From Rickettsiales bacterium (GTDB lineage: Bacteria; Pseudomonadota; Alphaproteobacteria; Rickettsiales; JABSSG01), in assembly GCA_047404135.1 (NCBI GenBank), contig JBDOIT010000006.1:77364-141363 (forward strand): a DNA stretch of 64,000 nucleotides, given 5' to 3'. The notes under the pieces are model-generated. The model was not told the DNA's origin. It saw nothing but the letters and a program-made list of their open reading frames with translations, and made no database searches. Below, piece after piece: positions 20,562-30,370 of this stretch. Position 1 is the stretch's first letter; each line of letters starts with the position of its first letter. Both the position numbers and the translations under genes were made by a program.

Positions 20562-23228
20562 TTAATCTTCGACAACACAAGCTTGAGCTGCCGCTAATCT
20601 TGCTATTGGTATTCTGTAAGGAGAACAAGACACATATTTCAGCCCTAACTTATGGAAAAAATCAATAGAAGAAGGATCCCCTCCATGCTCACCACATACA
20701 CCAAGTTTAATGTCTTTTCGTGTAGATCTAGCTCTTTCTGCAGATATTTTAAGAAGTTCACCCACGCCCTCTTTATCTAGAGCCACAAAAGGGTCTTTAG
20801 TAAATATGCCTTTCTCAATATATTCAGGAATAAAGCTTGAGGAATCATCCCTAGACAACCCAAAAGCAGTCTGAGACAAATCGTTTGTTCCATAGCTCAT
20901 ATAGTTAGCATGTTCTGCTATCTTATCCGATGCAAATGCTGCCCTAGGCAACTCTATCATTGTACCTATTTCATATTTTAATGTGATATTGCGCTCAGTC
21001 TCCACCAGCTTTGCAACTTCCTCAATAAGGTATTTTAAAATTTTCATCTCTTTCTCAGAAGAGATCAGTGGGACCATAATTTCTACTACAGGGAATGTCT
21101 TTTCTTGTGCAATTGAATCTGACATAGCTTCAAAAATAGCTCGAGCCTGCATTTCATAAATCTCAGGATAGGTAATGCCCAATCTAGACCCTCTATGCCC
21201 TAGCATAGGGTTTACTTCTTCCAATTGCTTGCATCTATGGCGTACTGTAGTAATATCCATCCCAGAACACTCCACTAACTCCTCCATCTCTCGATCAAGA
21301 TGAGGTAAGAACTCATGCAATGGCATATCTAATAATCTTATATTAACTGGCTTATCTTGCATCAGTTTGAATATCATAGAGAAATCCTTTCTTTGCATTG
21401 GCAGTATCTTCTCTAATGTTTTCCTTCTGTCAGCAGGGTTACGCGCAATAATCATATTCCTAACATGCGCAATCCTGTCGCTTTCAAAGAACATGTGCTC
21501 CGTACGGCACAAACCTATTCCCTCGGCTCCAAAACTTAATGCAGCATTAATATCACCTTCTGTCTCTGCATTAGTACGTATTTCTATCCTTTTAATCTCA
21601 TCCGCCCATCCCATCACTATCTGGAAATATTCAGAAAATTTAGGCCTGATTGTGGGAACATTACCCATAATAATTTCACCGGTTTCACCATCAATTGTAA
21701 GATGCCCTCCTGCCTTGATTTCAACATCTCTCACTCTAAGAACTTGATCTTGGTAGTCAATCTTAACAGACGAAGCACCAACAACACATGGCTTACCCAT
21801 ACCTCTAGCAACCACCGCCGCATGAGATGTCATCCCACCTTTACTGGTTAATATGCCTTCCGAAGCATACATCCCGTGTATATCTTCTGGACTAGTCTCA
21901 ACGCGCGCCAAGATTACTTTTTCACCTAAATCTGCAAACCTTTCTGCTTCCGATGCAGAAAACACAATTACCCCAGATGCAGCCCCAGGAGAAGCAGGCA
22001 GGCCTCTTGCAATAACATCTTTAGACACACCAGGGTCAAGCATAGGGTGTAGAAGCTGATTCAAACCCTCAGGATCTACCCTTAATATTGCCTCCTTTTT
22101 AGTGATCATTTTTTCTTCAACAAGTTCTACAGCAATGCGAAGAGCAGCTTGCGTAGCCCTCTTTCCGCTACGTGTCTGCAAAACCCACAATCTACCTTCC
22201 TCGATTGTAAATTCTATATCCTGCATGTCTCTATAGTGATTTTCTAGTTTATTTGCTGTATCAAATAACTCCCTTGCTAAACTAGGCATTGTTTCTTCCA
22301 TAACGGGGTCTTTTGAGCCGATCTCTTCACGACCAGCTTTTGTGATGCATTGAGGAGTTCTAATCCCAGCTACCACATCTTCACCTTGAGCGTTAATCAG
22401 ATACTCACCATATATTTTTTTCTCCCCGGTAGAAGGATTACGAGTAAATGCCACTCCTGTAGCGCTTTTATTACCTGTATTTCCAAAAACCATAGATTGT
22501 ATATTTACAGCAGTACCCCATTCCTCAGGAATGTCATTCATTCTTCTATATGTAATAGCTCTATGAGACATCCATGAATTTAAAACAGAATTTATAGCGC
22601 CCCATAACTGATTTTTTACATCGCTAGGAAATTCTCTCTCTGACTCTACCGACACAATTTCTTTAAACTGCACCACCAACTTCTTTAGATGGTCTATAGT
22701 CATCTCTGTATCGAGCTTAATACACTCTTCGTTCTTTAATCTCTCTATGCATTCTTCAAACAGATAATGACCTACCCCCAGAACCACATCAGAATATATC
22801 TGGATAAAACGACGGTATGTATCATACGCAAATCTCTCATTGTTACTAAATTTGGCAAGACCCAGAACTGTCTTATCATTTAATCCTAAATTCAGCACAG
22901 TATCCATCATACCTGGCATAGAGCTACGAGCACCTGACCTAACTGAAACTAATAATGGATTATTGTTATCACCAAATTTCTTCCCTATGATTTTTTCAAT
23001 ATTCTCTAGAGCTGAATTCACATCTTCTTTGAAACCATAAGGCAATGTTTTATCGTTAGCATAATAAGATTTGCAGACATCTGTTGAAATTGTAAATCCA
23101 GGAGGAACAGATAGTCCAATCTTACACATCTCCGCTAGGTTAGCGCCTTTACCACCCAATAGATCCCGCATAGAGGCATCTCCATCAGTACTTTCTTTAG
23201 AGAAATCGTAGATAAATTTTTTACTCAT
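20562..23228 (-). CDS. ppdK: pyruvate, phosphate dikinase
   Basis: 888 aa. Phosphohistidine motif GGMTSHAAVVARGMGKPCV. PEP-utilising C-terminal CGEHGGDP. Confidence 0.96.
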   Translation of the reverse strand: MSKKFIYDFSKESTDGDASMRDLLGGKGANLAEMCKIGLSVPPGFTISTDVCKSYYANDKTLPYGFKEDVNSALENIEKIIGKKFGDNNNPLLVSVRSGARSSMPGMMDTVLNLGLNDKTVLGLAKFSNNERFAYDTYRRFIQIYSDVVLGVGHYLFEECIERLKNEECIKLDTEMTIDHLKKLVVQFKEIVSVESEREFPSDVKNQLWGAINSVLNSWMSHRAITYRRMNDIPEEWGTAVNIQSMVFGNTGNKSATGVAFTRNPSTGEKKIYGEYLINAQGEDVVAGIRTPQCITKAGREEIGSKDPVMEETMPSLARELFDTANKLENHYRDMQDIEFTIEEGRLWVLQTRSGKRATQAALRIAVELVEEKMITKKEAILRVDPEGLNQLLHPMLDPGVSKDVIARGLPASPGAASGVIVFSASEAERFADLGEKVILARVETSPEDIHGMYASEGILTSKGGMTSHAAVVARGMGKPCVVGASSVKIDYQDQVLRVRDVEIKAGGHLTIDGETGEIIMGNVPTIRPKFSEYFQIVMGWADEIKRIEIRTNAETEGDINAALSFGAEGIGLCRTEHMFFESDRIAHVRNMIIARNPADRRKTLEKILPMQRKDFSMIFKLMQDKPVNIRLLDMPLHEFLPHLDREMEELVECSGMDITTVRHRCKQLEEVNPMLGHRGSRLGITYPEIYEMQARAIFEAMSDSIAQEKTFPVVEIMVPLISSEKEMKILKYLIEEVAKLVETERNITLKYEIGTMIELPRAAFASDKIAEHANYMSYGTNDLSQTAFGLSRDDSSSFIPEYIEKGIFTKDPFVALDKEGVGELLKISAERARSTRKDIKLGVCGEHGGDPSSIDFFHKLGLKYVSCSPYRIPIARLAAAQACVVED

Positions 23229-23233
23229 ATTCC

Positions 23234-25285
23234 TTATAATTCTATTGGTGAAAAATCTACAAATACATTAAATATATCTGCAACCATATTAAGCAGAGCC
23301 AGTCTGTTTTTACGTAGCACTTTATCCTCATCCATTATCATAGTTTTATCGAAGAACATATCAATCTCAGAAACAATATTTTTAAAGCTTTCTAATGCTA
23401 AAGCAAATTCCCCATTCTTTGAGTATTTTTCAATCTGGGGCTGGATTTTCAAAATGACAGAATGAAGATTTTTCTCCTGATCATTTTTCAACAAGGATAT
23501 ACTCACATCTGAACCTACAGAATGCTTATCAGATTCTAAAATGGCTATGACCCTTTTAGCTGCAAAATATACCTCTTTACCAGAGGAACTATTCAAAAAT
23601 TCACTCAGATACTTGATCTTTTTATAATCTTGATTGATATCTTTAGAGGATTTATTAAATATAGATGCCACTATATTTTCTTTAAAATCTCCTTTTAAGA
23701 AATGCCTGAATCTTTCATAGAAGAATTTCTCGATATCCTTCGATAACTTCTCTTCATCCTTATGAGTAATGTTATAAGAATCCAGCGCAGCGTCTACTAT
23801 ATCTTCAAGTCTAAAATTGAGATCTAGCTCTATTATAATTCTAATGATACCAAGTGCATTCCTTCGTAAACCATAAGGATCTTTTGAGCTAGAAGGTACC
23901 TCGCCAATACTGAACAGACCTACTATAGTATCTATCTTCTCTGCTATACCAACGACTCCAGACTCTATTGTCTCCGGGCACTCATCTTGCCTACCTCTTG
24001 GCATATAATGTTCATATATAGCTTGAGAAACCACAGAGTTTTCTTTAAATTCTTCTGCATAATACCTACCCGCGATACCTTGGAGCTCTGGAAAATCTCC
24101 TACTATATACGTTGTAAGGTCAGTTTTTGACAACAAAGCAGCCCTCTTCACATTCTCTATATCTTTTACCCCTAGAGCCTTGCATAGTTTCTCTGATACT
24201 TCTGACATTCTAGAAACACGATCAAAAACTGTGCCTAATTTCTTATGAAACACTACACCTTTTAATTTGTCTACTCTCTGGTCTAAAGAAATTTTCTTAT
24301 CTTCATCGAAGAAAAATTCTGCGTCGCATAAACGCGCCCTAAGAACCCTTTCATTACCTTCAATTATAGAGCTATTATCTGAAGAATAATTATTTGAAAT
24401 AGTAATAAAGTAAGGCGCTACCTTACCTTGTTTATCTTGTAAGGAAAAATATCTTTGATGCAGCTTTATACTAGTAGATAGAATTTCCTTAGGAAGCTTC
24501 AAGAACTTTTTAGAGATCCTTCCTAAGATCGCAGTTGGATATTCCACTAATCCGGTAACCTCATCAAATAGCTCTGGGTCCTCTACTACTTCTATATTCT
24601 TCTTCTTAGCTAATTTACGAGCTTGGTCTAATGCCTTTCTCTTTCTCTCTTCGCGATCCAGTATCACAAATTTATTTTTTAGACTCTTTTTATAATCTTC
24701 AAATGATTTAACCTTAAAAGATTCCGGCGCTAGAAATCTATGACCGAACGAGATATCATTTGATTTTAAGGAACCAAATTCTACAGGCAAAATCTTACCA
24801 TCCAACAAACATAATATATTCCTTATAGGCCTGACCCAAGTTACATTTGTATGATCCCACCTCATACTTTTTGCCCAGCTCATCTCAAAAAAGATCTTTT
24901 CTAAAATATCAGAGATAGCAGACTCAAATGAATTCATAGTCTTTTTGATTTCTGCAAAATAATATTCTTGTCCATTCACTTCTTTGATCTGAAGGTCGGT
25001 TTTTTTCAAGCCCGCGGATTTTAAAAACCCCTCAACGGCAATTTCTTTTGCTCCTAATTTTGGCCCTCTTTTGAATTCATTCTCATTAACTGCATCACTG
25101 TATCTACCTCCACTCACATGCAATACTAGCCTTCTAGGAGTTACAAAAGTTTCCAAATTCTCATATTGAATACTCTGCTTTGTAAAATGAGTAATTACTA
25201 TATTACGCAGATCCTTCAAAGCCTTCTTCTGCATTCTAGAAGGGATCTCTTCTGAAAATATTTCTAGCAATATGTCTGACATCAA
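23234..25285 (-). CDS. glyS: glycine--tRNA ligase beta subunit
   Basis: 683 aa. 4-nt overlap with glyQ. N-terminal [14 protein letters not shown] typical of GlyS. Confidence 0.93.
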   Translation of the reverse strand: MMSDILLEIFSEEIPSRMQKKALKDLRNIVITHFTKQSIQYENLETFVTPRRLVLHVSGGRYSDAVNENEFKRGPKLGAKEIAVEGFLKSAGLKKTDLQIKEVNGQEYYFAEIKKTMNSFESAISDILEKIFFEMSWAKSMRWDHTNVTWVRPIRNILCLLDGKILPVEFGSLKSNDISFGHRFLAPESFKVKSFEDYKKSLKNKFVILDREERKRKALDQARKLAKKKNIEVVEDPELFDEVTGLVEYPTAILGRISKKFLKLPKEILSTSIKLHQRYFSLQDKQGKVAPYFITISNNYSSDNSSIIEGNERVLRARLCDAEFFFDEDKKISLDQRVDKLKGVVFHKKLGTVFDRVSRMSEVSEKLCKALGVKDIENVKRAALLSKTDLTTYIVGDFPELQGIAGRYYAEEFKENSVVSQAIYEHYMPRGRQDECPETIESGVVGIAEKIDTIVGLFSIGEVPSSSKDPYGLRRNALGIIRIIIELDLNFRLEDIVDAALDSYNITHKDEEKLSKDIEKFFYERFRHFLKGDFKENIVASIFNKSSKDINQDYKKIKYLSEFLNSSSGKEVYFAAKRVIAILESDKHSVGSDVSISLLKNDQEKNLHSVILKIQPQIEKYSKNGEFALALESFKNIVSEIDMFFDKTMIMDEDKVLRKNRLALLNMVADIFNVFVDFSPIEL

Positions 25286-26157
25286 CTCTCTTGTTTTTTA
25301 ATCCATAGCTCACAGCATCTTTTTACCATATTTCTTACTCTAGAAATATAATAAGCTCTCTCGGTCACACTAATAACCCCCCTTGCATCAAGAAGGTTAA
25401 ACACGTTACTCGCTTTTATGCATTGCTCATACGCAGGCAACACCAGCTTACTAGAAACAAGACAGTTACATTCTTCTTCTAGTTCATTGAAATTCATGAA
25501 CAAAACATCTGTATTCGCTTTATTTAGCGCATATTCCGAAAATTCATATTCTGCTTGATGAAATATATCTCTATAGCTTTTTGAATTTTCTTCGTCTTTT
25601 GTTTTATTAAATGACAAATCGTACACATTGTCCTTACCTTGGATATATAAAGCTAAGCGCTCCAGACCATAAGTGATCTCACCTGGGATCATATTACAAT
25701 CTATACCACCGATTTGTTGCATATATGTGAACTGAGAAACCTCAGTACCGTCACACCATACCTCCCAACCAAGACCCGAGGCACCTAATGTAGGACTCTC
25801 CCAGTCATCCTCAACAAATCTAATATCATGCTTTTTAAGATCTATGCCTATTTTCTCCAAACTCTTGAGATATAATTCCTGTATATCTTCTGGTGCCGGC
25901 TTCAAAATTACTTGGAACTGATGATGCTTATATAATCTGTTGGGATTCTCACCAAATCTTGAATCCGAAGGCCTTCTAGATGGTTGAACATAAGCAGCTC
26001 TATAAGGGTTGTTCCCCAATGCCCATAAAGTTGTTGCTGAATGGAATGTCCCAGCTCCCAACTCTAAATCGTACGGCTGCAATATGACGCAACCATTATC
26101 GTGCCAATAGTCATGTAAGGTTTTTATTATCTCTTGAAAGGACTTAGTTGTCTCCAT
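25282..26157 (-). CDS. glyQ: glycine--tRNA ligase alpha subunit
   Basis: 291 aa. Highly conserved [26 protein letters not shown]. Confidence 0.96.
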   Translation of the reverse strand: METTKSFQEIIKTLHDYWHDNGCVILQPYDLELGAGTFHSATTLWALGNNPYRAAYVQPSRRPSDSRFGENPNRLYKHHQFQVILKPAPEDIQELYLKSLEKIGIDLKKHDIRFVEDDWESPTLGASGLGWEVWCDGTEVSQFTYMQQIGGIDCNMIPGEITYGLERLALYIQGKDNVYDLSFNKTKDEENSKSYRDIFHQAEYEFSEYALNKANTDVLFMNFNELEEECNCLVSSKLVLPAYEQCIKASNVFNLLDARGVISVTERAYYISRVRNMVKRCCELWIKKQES

Positions 26158-26175
26158 TAGATAGAATAAATAAAA

Positions 26176-26733
26176 TTAGATCTTCATAATCTCTTTTTCT
26201 CTTTCAGAAAGCAACTCATCTACATTCTTAGAGAACTCATCTGTCATTTTCTGCACTTCATCAGAGAATCTGTGCGCATCATCTTTTGAAATATCACTAT
26301 CTTTTTCCATCTTCTTGATTGAGTCCATTCCATCTCTTCTGATATTTCGTAAAACAACTTTACTTTGCTCTGCATATTGCGCAATCATTTTTACCATCTC
26401 TCTCCTCCTTTCCTCACTCAAAGGAGGGATCGGAACCCTAATCAGGTTTCCATCAGCTGATGCACTTAAACCCATTTTTGATGTGTTAATTGCCTTCTCT
26501 ACATTTTTAACCAATCCAGAATCCCAAACTTGCACTACTAAAAGTTGGCTATCCTGTACACTCACAGTACCAGCCTGCGTAAGAGGAACAAAGTTACCAT
26601 ATGCCTCAAGCGTAATGCTATCTAGCAAATTAGGAGATGCTCTGCCTGTACGAACAGATTTCAAGTCACCCTGAAAAGAATTAAGAGCCTTATCCATTTT
26701 TACTCTTAAGCTTATATTGATATCGTCAAACAT
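26176..26733 (-). CDS. frr: ribosome recycling factor
   Basis: 185 aa. LRVPIPPLSEERRREMVK, IRRDGMD motifs. Confidence 0.95.
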   Translation of the reverse strand: MFDDINISLRVKMDKALNSFQGDLKSVRTGRASPNLLDSITLEAYGNFVPLTQAGTVSVQDSQLLVVQVWDSGLVKNVEKAINTSKMGLSASADGNLIRVPIPPLSEERRREMVKMIAQYAEQSKVVLRNIRRDGMDSIKKMEKDSDISKDDAHRFSDEVQKMTDEFSKNVDELLSEREKEIMKI

Positions 26734-26736
26734 ATA

Positions 26737-27444
26737 TTACCTTATTATAGTGAATGATCCCCCTCCCTTCAGAACCTCTAAAATAGCATCTTTTTTATGG
26801 ATGGAGAATACCATTAATGGAAGCTTATGCTCTTTTGCAACAGAGACAGCTGGCAGATCCATAACTCTCAAGCTATTATTTATTACTTCATCATAAGTTA
26901 GTTGATCAAATTTCTTGGCATCCTTTTCTTTCTTGGGGTCTTCTGAATACACACCCTCAACCTGAGTGCCTTTCAGCAACACATCGCAATGCATTTCTAT
27001 AGCACGAAACACAGCAGCAGTGTCAGTTGAAACAAATGGATTACCTGTACCAGCAGCAAATATGACAACCATACCCTGGCTCATATAATGCAGTGCTCTT
27101 TCTTGGGAATAAGTATCACATATTGAATCCATTGCGACAGACGATAAAACTTTTGATTTAATTCCTATATTATCAAGCATAGCTTGCAAGCATAAAGCAT
27201 TAATGACCGTTCCAAGCATACCCATATAATCCGCACGAGCGCGGTCAATTTTTGTTAGATCCATTGTGCTACCCCTAGCAATGTTACCACCACCAACGAC
27301 TATACAAAGTTGTATATTTGACTTTACTACAGACGATATATCAGATGCTAAAGATTCAACAGCTTCAAGATCCTGACCGTGAGAATGCTTCCCTAGGAAA
27401 GCCTCACCAGAAATCTTTAACATTACTTTTTTCCAGCTGCCCAT
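26737..27444 (-). CDS. pyrH: UMP kinase
   Basis: 235 aa. KVMLKISGEAF, VVGGGNIARG. Confidence 0.95.
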   Translation of the reverse strand: MGSWKKVMLKISGEAFLGKHSHGQDLEAVESLASDISSVVKSNIQLCIVVGGGNIARGSTMDLTKIDRARADYMGMLGTVINALCLQAMLDNIGIKSKVLSSVAMDSICDTYSQERALHYMSQGMVVIFAAGTGNPFVSTDTAAVFRAIEMHCDVLLKGTQVEGVYSEDPKKEKDAKKFDQLTYDEVINNSLRVMDLPAVSVAKEHKLPLMVFSIHKKDAILEVLKGGGSFTIIR

Positions 27445-27468
27445 AAAAATCTATTACTTCAAAGAAAA

Positions 27469-28344
27469 CTATTTATTCTCTTCACCAAGCTCATATCTGA
27501 TGAACCCTTTTATCTTAACATCTTTTCCATGTTCCTTAGCAAAATTATTTACTAAGTCGGAAATTTTAGTTTTATTATCCATAACAAAAACTTGCTCTAG
27601 CAACACAACCTCCTGATAGAATTTTTGAATTCTACCAACTACCATCTTTTCGATAATATTCTCTGGTTTCCCAGATGCTTTAGCTTGCTCAGTAAAAATT
27701 TCTTTTTCTTTCTCAACGCTTTCAGAAGAAACTCCTTCCCTGTCAAGAGCTTCTGGCTTAGCTGCCGCAATATGCATAGCAACCTGCTTACCGAAACCCG
27801 TTAGAACTTCTTTATCTAGATCCGATTCAAGAGAGATAAGAACAGCTATTTTTCCAGCATTTTGCATAATTTCGTTATGCACGTAACCTACAACTACGCC
27901 GCTATCCACAGAAATCTTTTTACATCTTTTAAGAGTAAGATTTTCGCCGACAATACCAACATGCTCAGCAACAACATCTTTTACCTTTCTATCACCGCCC
28001 GCATATTTTTCATCTTCCAAAGAACTTAAATCCTTAGACGACAATGAAGACTTTAAAATATTGGAAAGCAACTCTTGGAATTTTTCATTTCTTGCAACAA
28101 AATCTGTTTCTGAGTTTAACTCAACAGCAGAACCAACTTTTCCATCCACAATTAAACCAACCATTCCCTCTGCTGTAGCACGCCCTGCTTTTTTAGCCGC
28201 CGCTGCATGGCCTTTTTTTCTTAACCAATCTACTGCCGCCTCTAAATCAGCGCCTGTCTCAACAAGAGCCTTCTTGCAGTCCATCATTCCTGCTCCTGTT
28301 TTTTCTCTTAAATCTTTTACTAAACTTGCTGCAACACCAGACAT
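27469..28344 (-). CDS. tsf: translation elongation factor Ts
   Basis: 291 aa. VKDLREKTGAGMMDCKKAL UBA-like N-terminus. Confidence 0.95.
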   Translation of the reverse strand: MSGVAASLVKDLREKTGAGMMDCKKALVETGADLEAAVDWLRKKGHAAAAKKAGRATAEGMVGLIVDGKVGSAVELNSETDFVARNEKFQELLSNILKSSLSSKDLSSLEDEKYAGGDRKVKDVVAEHVGIVGENLTLKRCKKISVDSGVVVGYVHNEIMQNAGKIAVLISLESDLDKEVLTGFGKQVAMHIAAAKPEALDREGVSSESVEKEKEIFTEQAKASGKPENIIEKMVVGRIQKFYQEVVLLEQVFVMDNKTKISDLVNNFAKEHGKDVKIKGFIRYELGEENK

Positions 28345-28365
28345 ATCTTGACACTCCCTATTAAA

Positions 28366-29460
28366 TTACTTTTCTTTTTTTGCTGTAGTTTTTTTCTTCT
28401 CCTCAACTTTTTTAGCTTTTACTACATCCTTTGCTGAGGCAACCGTAGCTTTCTTTAGAGTTTTTTTCTTCTCCTCAACTTCCTTATCCTTTGCTGAGGC
28501 AGTCGTAGCTTTCTTTAGAGTTTCTTTCTTCTCATCAGCCACTTTCTTTCTGGCTTTAGATTTCTTAGGAGACTCTTTTTTCTCAGAAGCTACCTTCTTT
28601 TTTTCTACAGTTTTTTCATCACGCTCTGATTTTACCTTCAGAACAGACTTCTCTTCTTGTGGCTTTTTGCTTTCTCCTTTAACTTCACCCCCAGACTTCA
28701 TAGATTCACTCAAACTACCAGCCATACCTTTTTCCTCAATATCCATTCTAGTAGCTTCAGCTCCAACATTAATAGCCTTTGAAACTATCTCACAATAGAA
28801 TTTTATTGCTCTAGAAGCATCATCATTACCAGGTATAGGGAAATCAATATCCTCAAGGCTTGAGTTAGTATCAACAACTGCAACAACAGGAATACCAAGC
28901 ATTTTAGCTTCTTGTATAGCAATTTTTTCTTTGTTGGTGTCAATGATAAAGATCAAATCAGGTTTACCACCCATATTTCTAATACCACCTAAAGAAGCTT
29001 CAATTTTTTGCCTCTTTCTATCGATATCAAGCAATTCTTTTTTATTATATTTACCTGAAGTTTCTGGATTCTTCTCAGCTTCTAGTATTTTCTCCATTTC
29101 ATCCAACTTCTTGATGGATTTAGAAATAGTTTTCCAGTTGGTAAGCATACCACCCAACCACCTTTGATCTACATAATACTGACCACAAGCGATAGCTGAT
29201 GACCTCACTGACTCAGACGCCTGACGCTTAGTACCAACGAATAAAATTTTGTTTTTCTTATTAGAACCAGCGGCTTTAAAAACATTCAATGCTTTGTAAA
29301 GCAACGAAACTGTTTTTTGGAGGTTAATAATGTGAACACCATTACGGCTACCGTAGATGAATGGATCCATTTTAGGATTCCATAGCATTTCCTTGTGTCC
29401 GAAATGAACACCCGCCTCTAGCATTTCTTTGATTGTGTATTTGGGTAAAGTATTATTCAT
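28366..29460 (-). CDS. rpsB: 30S ribosomal protein S2 with ~120-aa lysine-rich C-terminal extension
   Basis: 364 aa. Canonical S2 core (MLEAGVHFGHK..., RWLGGMLTNW) followed by a tail from ~residue 246 that is ~33% Lys (39 of 119 by my count). Confidence 0.93.
   Translation of the reverse strand: MNNTLPKYTIKEMLEAGVHFGHKEMLWNPKMDPFIYGSRNGVHIINLQKTVSLLYKALNVFKAAGSNKKNKILFVGTKRQASESVRSSAIACGQYYVDQRWLGGMLTNWKTISKSIKKLDEMEKILEAEKNPETSGKYNKKELLDIDRKRQKIEASLGGIRNMGGKPDLIFIIDTNKEKIAIQEAKMLGIPVVAVVDTNSSLEDIDFPIPGNDDASRAIKFYCEIVSKAINVGAEATRMDIEEKGMAGSLSESMKSGGEVKGESKKPQEEKSVLKVKSERDEKTVEKKKVASEKKESPKKSKARKKVADEKKETLKKATTASAKDKEVEEKKKTLKKATVASAKDVVKAKKVEEKKKTTAKKEK
28426..28545. repeat. two tandem 60-bp units (plus partial third copy near 28388-28410) inside the rpsB tail
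   Basis: 28426-28485 and 28486-28545 both begin atcctttgctgaggca..cgtagctttctttagagttt. They encode the 20-aa repeat KKKTLKKAT(T/V)ASAKD.... Confidence 0.85.
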
Positions 29461-29608
29461 AAAAACTCCTTATTTTTAGTTAAACCTCCACGAAGGTAAC
29501 ACTTAAATTAATAAGCACTAAAAAAACTTCGTGTGTGAAATGCCCACCCTCAAAAAGATGGATCTGTATTTTATAGACTCAACCTAAGGTGTTTGCAAGA
29601 GTTTTTTA

Positions 29609-30163
29609 CTATTTTGCAGAGCTTTTGCCCTTATCAGAATTTGAATCTTCTACAGAAGATACCAGTATGTTCAAAGATGTTTGAGAACATAGCCCCAGCA
29701 AAACCGGATCCCTTGGTCTTAAATTTTCATAATTCCAATGCTCCTTATTACGTATAGATGTCACGGTACTCTTTGTGGTCCCAACTAATTTAGCAGTCTT
29801 TGAATCAGGAACATCCGGATAATTCTTGATAACCCAAGCTATGGCATCGGGCTTATCCTGTCTTCTCGCAACTGGAGTATACTTAGCTGATTTCTTCTTA
29901 CTACCTTTAAGAACCAACTCGTTTACATTTGTGATTTGTAATTTCTCTGAGGGATCTTTTGAGCATTTGTCTAACTCTTCTTGAGTAATCTGACCATTAA
30001 ATATAGGGTTCTCAGCAAGGATACCCACAGCAACCTCACCATCAGCTATACCCTGCACTTCCAATGGGTGTAGCCCACAAAAATCTGATATTTGCTTGAA
30101 TGTTAATACTGTATTATTGATTAACCACACAGCTGTAGCTTTTGGCATTAAAGGTAAAGTCAT
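29609..30163 (-). CDS. DUF1013-family protein (alphaproteobacteria-specific)
   Basis: Track ORF runs to 30208. ATG at 30163 gives MTLPLMPKATAVWL..., the N-terminus I associate with the DUF1013 family. Confidence 0.7.
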   Translation of the reverse strand: MTLPLMPKATAVWLINNTVLTFKQISDFCGLHPLEVQGIADGEVAVGILAENPIFNGQITQEELDKCSKDPSEKLQITNVNELVLKGSKKKSAKYTPVARRQDKPDAIAWVIKNYPDVPDSKTAKLVGTTKSTVTSIRNKEHWNYENLRPRDPVLLGLCSQTSLNILVSSVEDSNSDKGKSSAK

Positions 30164-30370
30164 ATTATGTATAAAATCTAAATTATTCGATGTAGCATCA
30201 TACAACACATAAAGAAATCTTGCAACCTTCTTTCGATCCTAAGCTCTGTGTTGCAAAATCATCATAACAACATCAAAAAAACACCCACAAGCACCTTGGG
30301 TTCTGGTTTTTAATGCTTTGTTAACCTCTAGTCCTAATAATACTGAGCATATTCAATTTATACTATTGCA

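Noticed and set aside
30220-30256. 7-bp inverted repeat TTGCAAC...GTTGCAA between the DUF1013 gene and the ankyrin gene
   Set aside because: The stem is short with a 23-nt spacer, there is no U-tract and no repeat elsewhere in the window. Evidence for a regulatory role is insufficient.
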